From positions 32,001-96,000 of the forward strand of contig CAZPQW010000006.1 in assembly GCA_964588985.1 (NCBI GenBank): a stretch of 64,000 nt of DNA, in the 5' to 3' direction. The position numbers and the translations under genes are program-made. The notes under the pieces were generated by a model, which had not been told where the DNA came from, did not search any database, and worked only from the letters and a program-made list of their open reading frames with translations. Shown here piece after piece: positions 1 through 9,162 of this stretch (position 1 is its first letter; the number at the start of each line of letters is the position of its first letter). The stretch is from an uncultured Solirubrobacteraceae bacterium (lineage in GTDB: Bacteria > Actinomycetota > Thermoleophilia > Solirubrobacterales > Solirubrobacteraceae).

Positions 1-210
1 ATATCGAAAACTATGGCAATCGATATGCGCATATCCGGAAACGTGGCAATAAGGGTGTGATTGCACTCCTAAAAAAGAGTCGGAGACGCCTCTAGCATCT
101 AGTTCTAGCGAAAGATATAAGTTATGAGATAGTGCCCTGCTAGCAGGCTGCCAGTAGGTGATGTTGTATCCACTGCCATGACTCGGGGAGATGATAAGTT
201 GGAGGAGATT

Positions 211-3200
211 GTGCGATACGCAAAGCGTCCGACTCTGTGGTGTGTCGTGGCGTGTGTAGGTGCTTGTGTCGTGCTTGCGTTTGCGGCTGCTCCAGCATTT
301 GCTGGCCGCAGCAAGCTCTCCCCGATTACCGAAGCCAACAGCAGGCCGTTCGGTGGACTGAGCTCGCTAGGGGTCGCAGGTGTCGCGGTCGATGACTCCG
401 ATAATCTATGGATCGGGGAAACGGGAGGGCAGGTGATTGACGAGGTCAGTTCCTCCGGTGCCTTCGTTGGCGAAAGTACCGGCTCGTGGAGCGGCCTGTA
501 CCCACAGACCGTTGCTTTCTCCGACGCCTCAAAACATCTTTATTTTACAGATTTCTTCAGCGGCGATATTTGGGGCTTGGAACCGAGCGGAGCTTATGCC
601 GGCATCGATCTGACGGGTCCGTGGAGCGCGGGGTACCTCACTGTCGGGATCGCAGCTGATAACTCCAGCGGTCCGACCGGCGGAGATCTCTACCTCGCTG
701 GCGAAGGCAGTTCGGTATATCGTATCGACGGTGCGGGTGGGGAAGTGCCCTTTTCCGCTAGCGAGCCATACATCGGCGGCAACCGGCTCACCGGCTTTGC
801 GCCTGGCGAATCCTTCTACGCGCCGGTGGCTATCGCGGTCGCTTCTACCGGCGACTTCTATGTTGTTGATGCGGGTAGGGACGCAGTTTATGAGTTCAGT
901 TCGTCCGGTGAATTCCTGCGGTCTTTCGCCGAAGCGGAAAATGGGCCCTTCGGCTCGGTCTCAGCTATCGCGGTCGACCCAACTAACGGTCATGTCCTCG
1001 TCGCAGACCAGGCTAACGGCTTTATAGACGAGTTTGACTCGACTGGAACCTATCTGGACAACCTCGAAGAAGTGAGCGGGCCCACGAGCCTTGCCGTTGA
1101 CTCCTCAGGCAAGCTATATGTCACAGAAAGCGCCGGAAATCAGATTGGAGTGTATGGGCCTTACAGTGCGCCGTTGCACCTACCCAAGATCGAAGGTCGC
1201 GCGGTCTCAAGCGTCGCCTCGACGTCCGCAACACTCAATGCAAGTGTCAAGCCAAAGGGTGGGGGTGAAGTCAGTGAATGTCGCTTTGAATACGGCAGTA
1301 GCGAAAGCTATGGCCAGAGTGTGCCGTGCGCTCCCGCCACATTTTCAAGCACGAGTGCCGTGTCAGCACAGTTGAGGGGGCTGCTGCCCGACAGGACGTA
1401 TCACTATCGTCTACGCGTCGTAGACACGTCGACCGGGTTTGCCGGATTGTCTGGGCTCGACCATGTCTTCGCAACAAACCCTGCCGCAGCTGGTTCGCCG
1501 ACTGCTGGTTGCTCCAATCCGGCCCGTACGGGTCCGTCTGTACGGCTTCCCGATTGCCGTGGCTATGAGCTTCTGACGCCGGCGGATAAGGGTGACGCTG
1601 AAGATATGTTCGGAGACACTGGCGAACAGTCGGTAAATGGTGGCAGTTATGAGGTTGGTTACCCGGATGAAAATCCGCTTGCGGAAGGTGGAAAGTTTTT
1701 TCTTAGCACGACTGCCGCTTTTGGTCCCGGCGCGACTGGCGGGCAGAATGGGTACGTGTTTTCACGTGATGCCGGTGGTTGGCAGCAGGATTCGCTTGCC
1801 GCTCCGATTCCGGGGGTTCAGAGCGTTGATGTTGAATCGCTCTTTAGTCCGAACTTTTCCCATGTCGCGAGCCTTCCGAAGCTCGGGTCGAATGCGAATG
1901 CGGGAGCAAAACAGTCTATGGGCCTTGTCGGCTTGCTCGGGGGCCCGTACGACACCATTTTTGAAGGCAACGAAGGGACTTTCACGGGTGCTTCGACAGA
2001 TTTCACGCGTGTCTTTTTCCAATCGGCAGATCATAGCTTCGCGGCTCCCGCGGGAGAACAGCTTGTGGGCAGTAAAGCTGTGTACGAATATTCTGGTGGG
2101 CGTTATACGCTTATCAACGTTGATGACGAAGGTAAGCTACTAAATGAATGTGGAGCTGTATCGCCAGCGGAAAACACGCAGATAGTCGGGGTCTACAGTC
2201 ATGCGGTGTCGGCGGACGGATCGCGCGTGTTCTTTTTGAGTCCCGACCCAACGGATCTTAGCTGCTTCCACGAAAGAGAAGAAGGGTTTACTGGTTCTCC
2301 TCCGCAGTTGTTTGTTCGTATGGGCCGGCGTACGGTTGAGATGTCGGCGCCAGTAGCAGGGGTGGTTGATCCAGCGGGACCGCAACCCGTGGCGTTTGCT
2401 GGTGCGGCTGCAGATGGTTCGCGTGTGTTCTTTATTACTCGCGAGGAGTTGACGGCCGACGATGCGGGTAATCATGCGCCTGAGTTGTATGAATACGATT
2501 TTGCAACGGAAGGATTGACGCGTATTTCACGCGGTGCTTCGAAGAGTGGCGTCGGTAATGTGAGTTGGGTTGTCCCAGCGGCGAGTGGGGCAGCGATCTA
2601 CTATACGACGGCTAATGGGCACCTGTATCGGTATGACACTCATACGGGGACTACGACGTACATCACGACGGTAAGCGGCGGCGACTGGAATGAAACGAAT
2701 GCGAGTGGCTATAAGACGCTAAATGTCCACCAGCCGTTGAATGTGCGTTCGTCGTGGGAGGCGACTCCGGATGGCCGGTTCTTGTTGTTTATTGCGAGGG
2801 AGAACGTGACGGGTTATGACTCCGCCGGACACAGTGAGGTTTATAGGTTTGACGCTGTGACGGGTGGCTTGTTGTGCATATCGTGTAATCCAGACGGGTC
2901 TGCGCCGTCTGCGGATGCGCAGTTTGATCGTACGACGCGCAATCGTGAGGTGCGGGGCATCTCGGACGACGGGGCTTTTGTATTTTTTGATACTCCTGAA
3001 TCCTTGGTGCCCGCTGATACGAATGGACGGTTGGATGTGTATGAGTGGCACGAAGGCGGCTTGTCGTTGATTAGTTCAGGTCAAGATGCAAGTAACTCAT
3101 ATTTCCTTGGTACTGATCCGTCGGGTGGTGATGTGTTTTTTGGTACTCATGCGCGCTTGGCTCCGCAGGATGTCGATGGCGCGGGAGATCTCTACGACGC

Positions 3201-3468
3201 GCGTATTAATGGTGGTTTTCCGGTGGTGCAGGGCGCGATGGGCTGTGAAGGCGATGGCTGCCGGAACCCTTCGCCAACGTCGTCTGGAGCGTCTGGTGAA
3301 GCAGGCCCGCTGTCGTTCTCGTTCACAGGCCCAGGGAATTGGGTTGCCCCAAAACCCCCTGCGGGGACTCAATGCAAAAAAGGCGTCAAGAAGCACGGTA
3401 AGTGCGTGAGAGTTCGGAAGAAGCGGGTGCGGGCTAGGAAAGCCGGCCACAACGGGAGGGCACGTTGA
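211..3468 (+). CDS. Large secreted multidomain protein: NHL-like beta-propeller, fibronectin type III-like domain, TolB/PD40-like propeller, basic Cys-containing C-terminal tail
   Basis: GTG at 211 follows the SD GGAGGAG (ORF track start is 178). Signal peptide ends AAAPAFA. NHL-like repeats: GVAVDDSDNLWI, AIAVDPTNGHVLV, SLAVDSSGKLYV. FN3-like segment LLPDRTYHYRL. Repeats SADGSRVFF, TPDGRFLLF, SDDGAFVFF. Confidence 0.75.
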   Translation: MRYAKRPTLWCVVACVGACVVLAFAAAPAFAGRSKLSPITEANSRPFGGLSSLGVAGVAVDDSDNLWIGETGGQVIDEVSSSGAFVGESTGSWSGLYPQTVAFSDASKHLYFTDFFSGDIWGLEPSGAYAGIDLTGPWSAGYLTVGIAADNSSGPTGGDLYLAGEGSSVYRIDGAGGEVPFSASEPYIGGNRLTGFAPGESFYAPVAIAVASTGDFYVVDAGRDAVYEFSSSGEFLRSFAEAENGPFGSVSAIAVDPTNGHVLVADQANGFIDEFDSTGTYLDNLEEVSGPTSLAVDSSGKLYVTESAGNQIGVYGPYSAPLHLPKIEGRAVSSVASTSATLNASVKPKGGGEVSECRFEYGSSESYGQSVPCAPATFSSTSAVSAQLRGLLPDRTYHYRLRVVDTSTGFAGLSGLDHVFATNPAAAGSPTAGCSNPARTGPSVRLPDCRGYELLTPADKGDAEDMFGDTGEQSVNGGSYEVGYPDENPLAEGGKFFLSTTAAFGPGATGGQNGYVFSRDAGGWQQDSLAAPIPGVQSVDVESLFSPNFSHVASLPKLGSNANAGAKQSMGLVGLLGGPYDTIFEGNEGTFTGASTDFTRVFFQSADHSFAAPAGEQLVGSKAVYEYSGGRYTLINVDDEGKLLNECGAVSPAENTQIVGVYSHAVSADGSRVFFLSPDPTDLSCFHEREEGFTGSPPQLFVRMGRRTVEMSAPVAGVVDPAGPQPVAFAGAAADGSRVFFITREELTADDAGNHAPELYEYDFATEGLTRISRGASKSGVGNVSWVVPAASGAAIYYTTANGHLYRYDTHTGTTTYITTVSGGDWNETNASGYKTLNVHQPLNVRSSWEATPDGRFLLFIARENVTGYDSAGHSEVYRFDAVTGGLLCISCNPDGSAPSADAQFDRTTRNREVRGISDDGAFVFFDTPESLVPADTNGRLDVYEWHEGGLSLISSGQDASNSYFLGTDPSGGDVFFGTHARLAPQDVDGAGDLYDARINGGFPVVQGAMGCEGDGCRNPSPTSSGASGEAGPLSFSFTGPGNWVAPKPPAGTQCKKGVKKHGKCVRVRKKRVRARKAGHNGRAR

Positions 3469-6400
3469 TGAGGGTTCCTGCACGTTTGATGCTGGCTGTG
3501 GCCGTTGCGGTAGCTGGGTTTGGGGTGTTTTGTGTGCCAGGAGCACTTGCTGTGCAGGCTGGGGCGCAGTGGACAGTGACCGCAGTCTCCCTTCCGACGA
3601 ACTTCCCTCCGAATGCTTTGACGAGTGGCGCGAATGAGTATCGAGTGGTGGTCATCAATACGGGTGACACGCCAAGCAGCGGCACCGTGACGATCACGGA
3701 CGCGCTCCCGGCGGGTGTGTCTTTGGATCCGTTGGGTGCATCGGGAACGGAGCAGATCAGCGGTGCCCCGTTGAGCTGCTCGGGCCTTGAATGCACGTAC
3801 TCCGAACCTGTGCAGCCTGGTGATGCCTTGCAGGTCACGATCCCGGTTGATACGGGCGCGGCAGGTGTGGTTGAAAACCTAGTCACGGTGTCGGGTGGTG
3901 CGCCGGAAGTGTCTCAGACGACGCCGACTGTGATTGGGGTGCCAGCTCGATTTGGTGTTGCCCCTGGGTCGGCGCATACAACGCTTTCGAGCTTGCAGGC
4001 TGGTGCGCATGCGGATTTGACAAGCACGCTTGCGTTCAGCACGATCAACGACGAAGGGATCCTCGCTGGAGACCCTAAGGACACGACGTTCAACCTGCCC
4101 GCTGGGTTTGCCGGGGATGTGGTGGATGTGCCTGCGTGTGCAGTGTCGTATTTCGCGGCGCATAATGAATGCCCGATCGATACGCAGGTTGGTAGTGTGA
4201 CGCTATTTGTTGAAGCAGGGAACAACAGTGGTCGGATTAGTACCTCTCCGGTTTATAACCTTGCGGCGAGTCCGGGGGCGGTTGCAAAGCTAGGGTTCTT
4301 CGCGGGCCGGACCCTGGATATTCAGGGCAACGTGTTCGTGCGCCCTGGCGCGAACGGTCTTGAGCACCTGGAAACGACGTTCGAAAACATCGACGAGTCG
4401 CTCGCCGAGCTCGACAGCGTGGTTCTCACGATCTGGGGTGTCCCGAACGATCCGGCTCACAACGCTGTTCGAGGCTTGAACTGCCTAGCGGCGGGGAACT
4501 GCTTTCAGGTCAATGGTGGGATCCCGGACGGATTGTTGACTCCGTTTCTGACGAACCCCACGAGCTGCTCTGGGGCACCCCTGCATTCGGAATTCAAAGT
4601 CGACTCATGGCAGCATCCGAGCGAAGGCCCGCCTCCAACCCTGATGCAGTTCGGCACTCTCACGGGCTGCGAACAGCTAACGATGACGCCGAGCTTGATC
4701 GTCGAACCGTCCAACACATCCGCCTACTCCCCGACCGGGCTCAAGGTTGGCCTGGAAGTACCCCAGACCTTCGAAAACCCGTACGGCCTCGCGACCTCGC
4801 ACCTGAAGGACGCGGTCATCACGCTGCCCGAAGGGATGACTTTGAACCCATCGGCCGCTGCCGGCCTCGGCTCCTGTACCGAAGCGCAGGTCGAAGCAGA
4901 GACCGCCGCGTCGCTCCAGGACGAAGGCTGCCCGAACGCCTCGAAAATCGGCACCGTGCATGTCAAGAGCCCCGCGATCTCCGAGGAAGCGACCGGCTCC
5001 GTCTACGTAGCCACGCCATTCGCGAATCGCTTCGACTCGCTGCTCGCGCTGTACGTCGTGGCGAAGATCCCCGACCGCGGCATCGTCGTCCGCCTGGCGG
5101 GCAAGGTGGAACCGAACCCGCTGACAGGGCAGCTCACGACCACGTTCGACGAAAACCCACAGCTGCCGTTCAGCGACTTCACACTCAGTTTCAACCAGGG
5201 CGCCGGTGCGCCTCTGGTGACCCCCGCGACCTGCGGGGAATACACCACGAGCGGTGAAATGAGCCCGTGGTCGGAACCGAGCGCGTTCAGTCTGGTCTCC
5301 TCGGTCTTCTCGATCACGAGCGGCATCGGTGGGGCGCCCTGTCCGGCTGGTGCGGCGGCGTTTGCTCCGCAGCTCGTAGCAGGCACGCTCAACAACGTCG
5401 CCGGCTCCTACAGCCCGTTCGATCTCCACATCACGCGTGGCGATGGAGAACAGGAGATCACGGGCATCTCCGCGCAGCTGCCGCCGGGCCTGTCCGCGAA
5501 CCTGACGGGCGTCCCGTTCTGCCCCGAAGCGGACATTGCGCTTGCGCGGACCAAGACCGGTGCACAGGAGGAAGTCGAACCCTCGTGTCCGGCCGCGAGC
5601 CAGATCGGACACAGTCTCGCGGGCGCCGGCGTGGGATCGCAGCTGGTCTACGCGCCCGGCAAGCTCTACATGGCCGGGCCGTTCGAAGGCGCGCCGTTCT
5701 CGATCGTGTCGATCACCTCGGCGAAGGTCGGGCCGTATGACCTCGGCACGGTCGTCCTGCACCTGCCGCTGCAGATCAACCCCACGACAGCGATCGTGAC
5801 GGTCGGCGCCGGCAGCGCCGACCAGATACCGCACATAATCAAAGGAATCGTCATCCATCTGCGAGACATCCGCGTCTACGTGGATCGATCGAACTTCACG
5901 CTCAACCCAACCAGCTGCAACCCGATGAGCTTGACGGCCAGCGTCATCGGTTCGGGCCAGAGCTTCACCAGCTCAGCCGACGACGGAGCCGTGAGCGTGA
6001 GCAACCACTACCAGGCATCTGACTGCGCGAACCTGGCGTTCAAACCGAGCTTCAAGCTCTCCATCCCGGCAAGGGCCTCGAAAGTCGCCGGCATGGGGCT
6101 CACGACGAAGCTCACCTTCCCGGCCGGCACGCAGGGCACACAGGCGAACGTGAGGTACGTCAAAGTGGTCCTGCCGCGGGCGTTGCCTTCGCGCTTCTCT
6201 ACTTTGCAGAAAGCGTGCCTTGCCGGCGTCTTCGACGCCAATCCGGCAGCATGCCCGGCCGGCTCTGTCGTCGGCCACGCTCGTGCCGTCACGCCGATCC
6301 TGCCCGTTCCATTGACGGGACCGGCGTATTTCGTCTCACATGGTGGAGCGAAGTTCCCCGAACTCGTCCTCGTGCTCCAGGGCTACGGCGTCACGATCGA

Positions 6401-6764
6401 GCTGCACGGCGAAACAAACATAAAATCGGGGGTCACCAGCTCGACCTTCCGCACGGTGCCCGACCAGCCCGTCAGCAGCTTCGAACTGACGCTGCCGCAG
6501 GGCAAGGACTCAGCTCTGGCAGCCTTCCTGCCAGCCAAGGACAAAGGCGACTTCTGCGGCCAGAAGCTCACGGCCCCGACCAACATCATCGGGCAGAACG
6601 GCCTCGAAATCCGTCAGAGCACACCGATCACGGTCACCGGATGCTCCGGTAAGGCGCAGAAGCTCGCGGCGGCGCTCAAAGCGTGCCGGAAGAAGGCGCG
6701 GGCCAAGCGTGGGTCATGCGCCAGGGCAGCCCGCAGGAGGTATGGCTCCTCGAAGAAGGGTTAG
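3468..6764 (+). CDS. Large secreted protein with a DUF11-like N-terminal domain and four ~230-aa Cys-containing repeats
   Basis: TGATG coupling to the upstream gene; signal peptide; DUF11-like NTGDTPSSGTVTITDALPAG; repeated LPxG...C...CP motifs; Lys/Arg-rich tail. Confidence 0.7.
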   Translation: MRVPARLMLAVAVAVAGFGVFCVPGALAVQAGAQWTVTAVSLPTNFPPNALTSGANEYRVVVINTGDTPSSGTVTITDALPAGVSLDPLGASGTEQISGAPLSCSGLECTYSEPVQPGDALQVTIPVDTGAAGVVENLVTVSGGAPEVSQTTPTVIGVPARFGVAPGSAHTTLSSLQAGAHADLTSTLAFSTINDEGILAGDPKDTTFNLPAGFAGDVVDVPACAVSYFAAHNECPIDTQVGSVTLFVEAGNNSGRISTSPVYNLAASPGAVAKLGFFAGRTLDIQGNVFVRPGANGLEHLETTFENIDESLAELDSVVLTIWGVPNDPAHNAVRGLNCLAAGNCFQVNGGIPDGLLTPFLTNPTSCSGAPLHSEFKVDSWQHPSEGPPPTLMQFGTLTGCEQLTMTPSLIVEPSNTSAYSPTGLKVGLEVPQTFENPYGLATSHLKDAVITLPEGMTLNPSAAAGLGSCTEAQVEAETAASLQDEGCPNASKIGTVHVKSPAISEEATGSVYVATPFANRFDSLLALYVVAKIPDRGIVVRLAGKVEPNPLTGQLTTTFDENPQLPFSDFTLSFNQGAGAPLVTPATCGEYTTSGEMSPWSEPSAFSLVSSVFSITSGIGGAPCPAGAAAFAPQLVAGTLNNVAGSYSPFDLHITRGDGEQEITGISAQLPPGLSANLTGVPFCPEADIALARTKTGAQEEVEPSCPAASQIGHSLAGAGVGSQLVYAPGKLYMAGPFEGAPFSIVSITSAKVGPYDLGTVVLHLPLQINPTTAIVTVGAGSADQIPHIIKGIVIHLRDIRVYVDRSNFTLNPTSCNPMSLTASVIGSGQSFTSSADDGAVSVSNHYQASDCANLAFKPSFKLSIPARASKVAGMGLTTKLTFPAGTQGTQANVRYVKVVLPRALPSRFSTLQKACLAGVFDANPAACPAGSVVGHARAVTPILPVPLTGPAYFVSHGGAKFPELVLVLQGYGVTIELHGETNIKSGVTSSTFRTVPDQPVSSFELTLPQGKDSALAAFLPAKDKGDFCGQKLTAPTNIIGQNGLEIRQSTPITVTGCSGKAQKLAAALKACRKKARAKRGSCARAARRRYGSSKKG

Positions 6765-6768
6765 CAAG

Positions 6769-6783
6769 CTAGCCGCGTTGCAT
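6769..6783 (-). pseudogene. Possible 4-codon remnant of a mazF/pemK toxin gene (MQRG*)
   Basis: The ATG overlaps the TGA of the MazE-like tail (TGATG). MxRG is the typical MazF/PemK N-terminus. A TAG follows immediately. Confidence 0.4.
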
Positions 6784-7601
6784 CAGGGAGCGAGACCGTC
6801 GTCTGTCGCGGGCTCCCACGACGTGGCATCGCCGGAGGACTCCCAGGCATCCCAAGCATCCTCGTAGGCGCCGCCCAGCTCTGTTGCTCGCAGATCGCGG
6901 ATCAGCAGTCTGTACGCCAGCTCGGCACGACGCATCGCGTCGGCGTTCTGCACACTGGGGGTCGATAGGCGCAGACGCTGCTCGGCGACACGCAGCCACC
7001 TACGCTCGCTCTTGCGTAGGGAGGTCGCCATCTCGCGAGGATCCTCGATGAGCGACAGCAGCCGCAGGAGATCCTCGCGCTGCGATTCCGGGTCGCTGTG
7101 GACCATCAGGGATCTGGCCTTGATGAGCACCGCCCCGAGCAATGTCGGCCTGCGCAGCTCGAACGAAGATCCCTCGACAGTCACGGTGACCACCTCCGAT
7201 CGAGCGAGGGCCTGAGAGCCGCCTGGCGCGCTGATGGCTTTGAGTCCGGACCGGAGAATCGGCGGCGGCTGGATGCCATCCGGCGCCAGTACGTCGACGA
7301 TCAGCCCGTCGCGCTCGTAACGATGGGCATAGCCGTCCAGGTCTGGCGCCACGAGCTCGAAGCCCGCGTCGCGGAGCCCCGCGTCGATGGCGGCAAGTGC
7401 ACCCTGAGGGCGCGCTTGACCGAGCACGTCGATGTCGCCGGTAATCCGCACGTTGCCGACGCCGTGCTCGAGGGCATGCAACTGCACCATCAGGCCACCG
7501 ATGAGCACCCACTCGGCCGGGAGTCGTCTGGAGAGCTCGCCGACGGCTGCCCATAGCTCCAGGGCCGCTCGATCGTCGATGGCAATGTCGATCTCACTCA
7601 T
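6783..7601 (-). CDS. Nucleotidyltransferase-fold (AbiEii-like) toxin with a MazE-antitoxin-like acidic C-terminal extension
   Basis: Polbeta-like NTase motif WVLIGGLMV...TGDIDVL, later VDVLAP and KARS...EDLLRLL; ATGA overlap with the upstream HTH gene. Confidence 0.7.
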   Translation of the reverse strand: MSEIDIAIDDRAALELWAAVGELSRRLPAEWVLIGGLMVQLHALEHGVGNVRITGDIDVLGQARPQGALAAIDAGLRDAGFELVAPDLDGYAHRYERDGLIVDVLAPDGIQPPPILRSGLKAISAPGGSQALARSEVVTVTVEGSSFELRRPTLLGAVLIKARSLMVHSDPESQREDLLRLLSLIEDPREMATSLRKSERRWLRVAEQRLRLSTPSVQNADAMRRAELAYRLLIRDLRATELGGAYEDAWDAWESSGDATSWEPATDDGLAP

Positions 7602-8284
7602 GGCTCAAGAGCGCGCGCGGCCTCACGGCGCGCGCGCGGCTCGTCGCTCTCGAGCAGGTCCACCAGGATCGCGGCGTGCGGCGCGCGGTGACTACCACGG
7701 CTATCCAATCGCAGCCAGATGTCGTCGGACACCCAGCGGATGCGAACCGGCCCCGTCCCCGGCAAGAGAGCGTGCTCGTCGACGATGAGGTTGCGATGGC
7801 TGGCCGGCGCATACACCTCCACTTCCGATGTCGGGCCGAGGACACCCACCACGTCGCCGGCTGAGATGCCGGTGGCCAGCACGTCTGGCCGGCCGAGGAT
7901 TCGTCTCAGCTCCGACGGATGGACATCGAATTCCTCCATCTCAGCGCGGGCTCGAAGTCGCGGCGCATAGTCCCGCAAGGGGTGCTCACGCAACCAGGCG
8001 CGCATACGTTGGGAGTAGCGCTCCCGGCCGGCCATCTCCTCGGCCGCGGTGTCCTCCCCGGATGCCAGCAGGAGGACAGCCCAAGCCATCGCCTGTGACA
8101 GGGGCCGTCCGCCACCGGGTCGCTGTCGGGCCAGTCGTTCCACGGCCCGCTCGTCCAGCCACCAGCTGCGCCCGCGCTTGACTGCGGGCAGGCGTCCCGA
8201 GGCGATGTGCTGGCGCACAGCGACCGGGCCGACTCCGAGCCGGTCGGCGGCCTCACGGACGCTGAGGAGCGAAGGATCAGGCAC
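7598..8284 (-). CDS. Excisionase-like HTH protein; putative type IV TA antitoxin (AbiEi-like)
   Basis: N-terminal LLSVREAADRLGV...IASGRLPAVKRGRSW (HTH_17-like); C-terminal AILVDLLES...RAREAA; coupled to the NTase gene; leaderless TAGGAT-6nt-GTG. Confidence 0.65.
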   Translation of the reverse strand: MPDPSLLSVREAADRLGVGPVAVRQHIASGRLPAVKRGRSWWLDERAVERLARQRPGGGRPLSQAMAWAVLLLASGEDTAAEEMAGRERYSQRMRAWLREHPLRDYAPRLRARAEMEEFDVHPSELRRILGRPDVLATGISAGDVVGVLGPTSEVEVYAPASHRNLIVDEHALLPGTGPVRIRWVSDDIWLRLDSRGSHRAPHAAILVDLLESDEPRARREAARALEP

Positions 8285-8507
8285 GACAGAATCCTATCGC
8301 TAGCGCAGTGGTTCTGTCCACGTCATCGTTACGCTGCATACGCCGCGATCTGCTCACACGACATAGCGGGCTCCAATCGTCAGTCATGAGATGAGGAACA
8401 CTGCGACGAATTGCTTGACCGACAACGTTGAATATGTTGAACTTATGAGTGCAATGTTAATCAGTCGATCTATAGGCTGAGCAGGCAAACTCTATTAGGA
8501 GCAGAAA

Positions 8508-9149
8508 GTGAAACAGATAAGAAGTCTGGGGCTCATGGTTGTGGTGGTTTTCGCGATGCCCGCGGCAGCGTCTTCGACAGCTTCCGCTTTGGAATGGTTA
8601 GACAACGGGCATCCAATCACGAACCCGGTATTAGTCTTAGCGAAAACTATCGGGCAGCTCGAGCTAGCCGATTTAGCCGCTACGGGTGGTGCGGTGGTGC
8701 TCCTTTGCGAAGGTAGGGGTCATGGGACGGTGGGTCCGGGGGCCAACGACACGATCAAATCGATCGAGGTGACGAGTTGTAGTTTCGAAGCCGGGAAAAA
8801 CGGGTCTTGCGAAGCCAGTAAATCGGTTACCGGTAGCGCGCTGAATCTGCCGTGGGCCACGCGACTATTAACGGTCGGCGGCGTTACCCATGACATGATC
8901 GAAAACTCAGGTGTTGGAGTTCCCGGCTGGAGGTTCGAATGCGCCGTGGCTGGAATCTTCAAAGTTCAAGATGAATGCCATTCGGAAGCGAGAGATCCGC
9001 GGATAGATAATAACGCTTTCGACGTAACAGCCTTATTCGAAGCGTCCGAAACGGGAAGCTGTAGTCTCGGGACTAGCACCTCTGGCATGCTTGTGGGCTC
9101 GATCTTAATCTTCTCTAGCGGGCCGTTAAAAATCTCAGTCAGTCCCTAG
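8508..9149 (+). CDS. Secreted Cys-containing hypothetical protein
   Basis: SD AGGAG; signal peptide ending STASA; six Cys; low-GC codon usage. Confidence 0.7.
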   Translation: MKQIRSLGLMVVVVFAMPAAASSTASALEWLDNGHPITNPVLVLAKTIGQLELADLAATGGAVVLLCEGRGHGTVGPGANDTIKSIEVTSCSFEAGKNGSCEASKSVTGSALNLPWATRLLTVGGVTHDMIENSGVGVPGWRFECAVAGIFKVQDECHSEARDPRIDNNAFDVTALFEASETGSCSLGTSTSGMLVGSILIFSSGPLKISVSP

Positions 9150-9162
9150 GCGGCTCGAATGC

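Noticed and set aside
1-9150. Prophage or ICE
   Set aside because: No integrase, transposase, phage structural or conjugation genes in the window. The excisionase-like HTH is part of the TA antitoxin.
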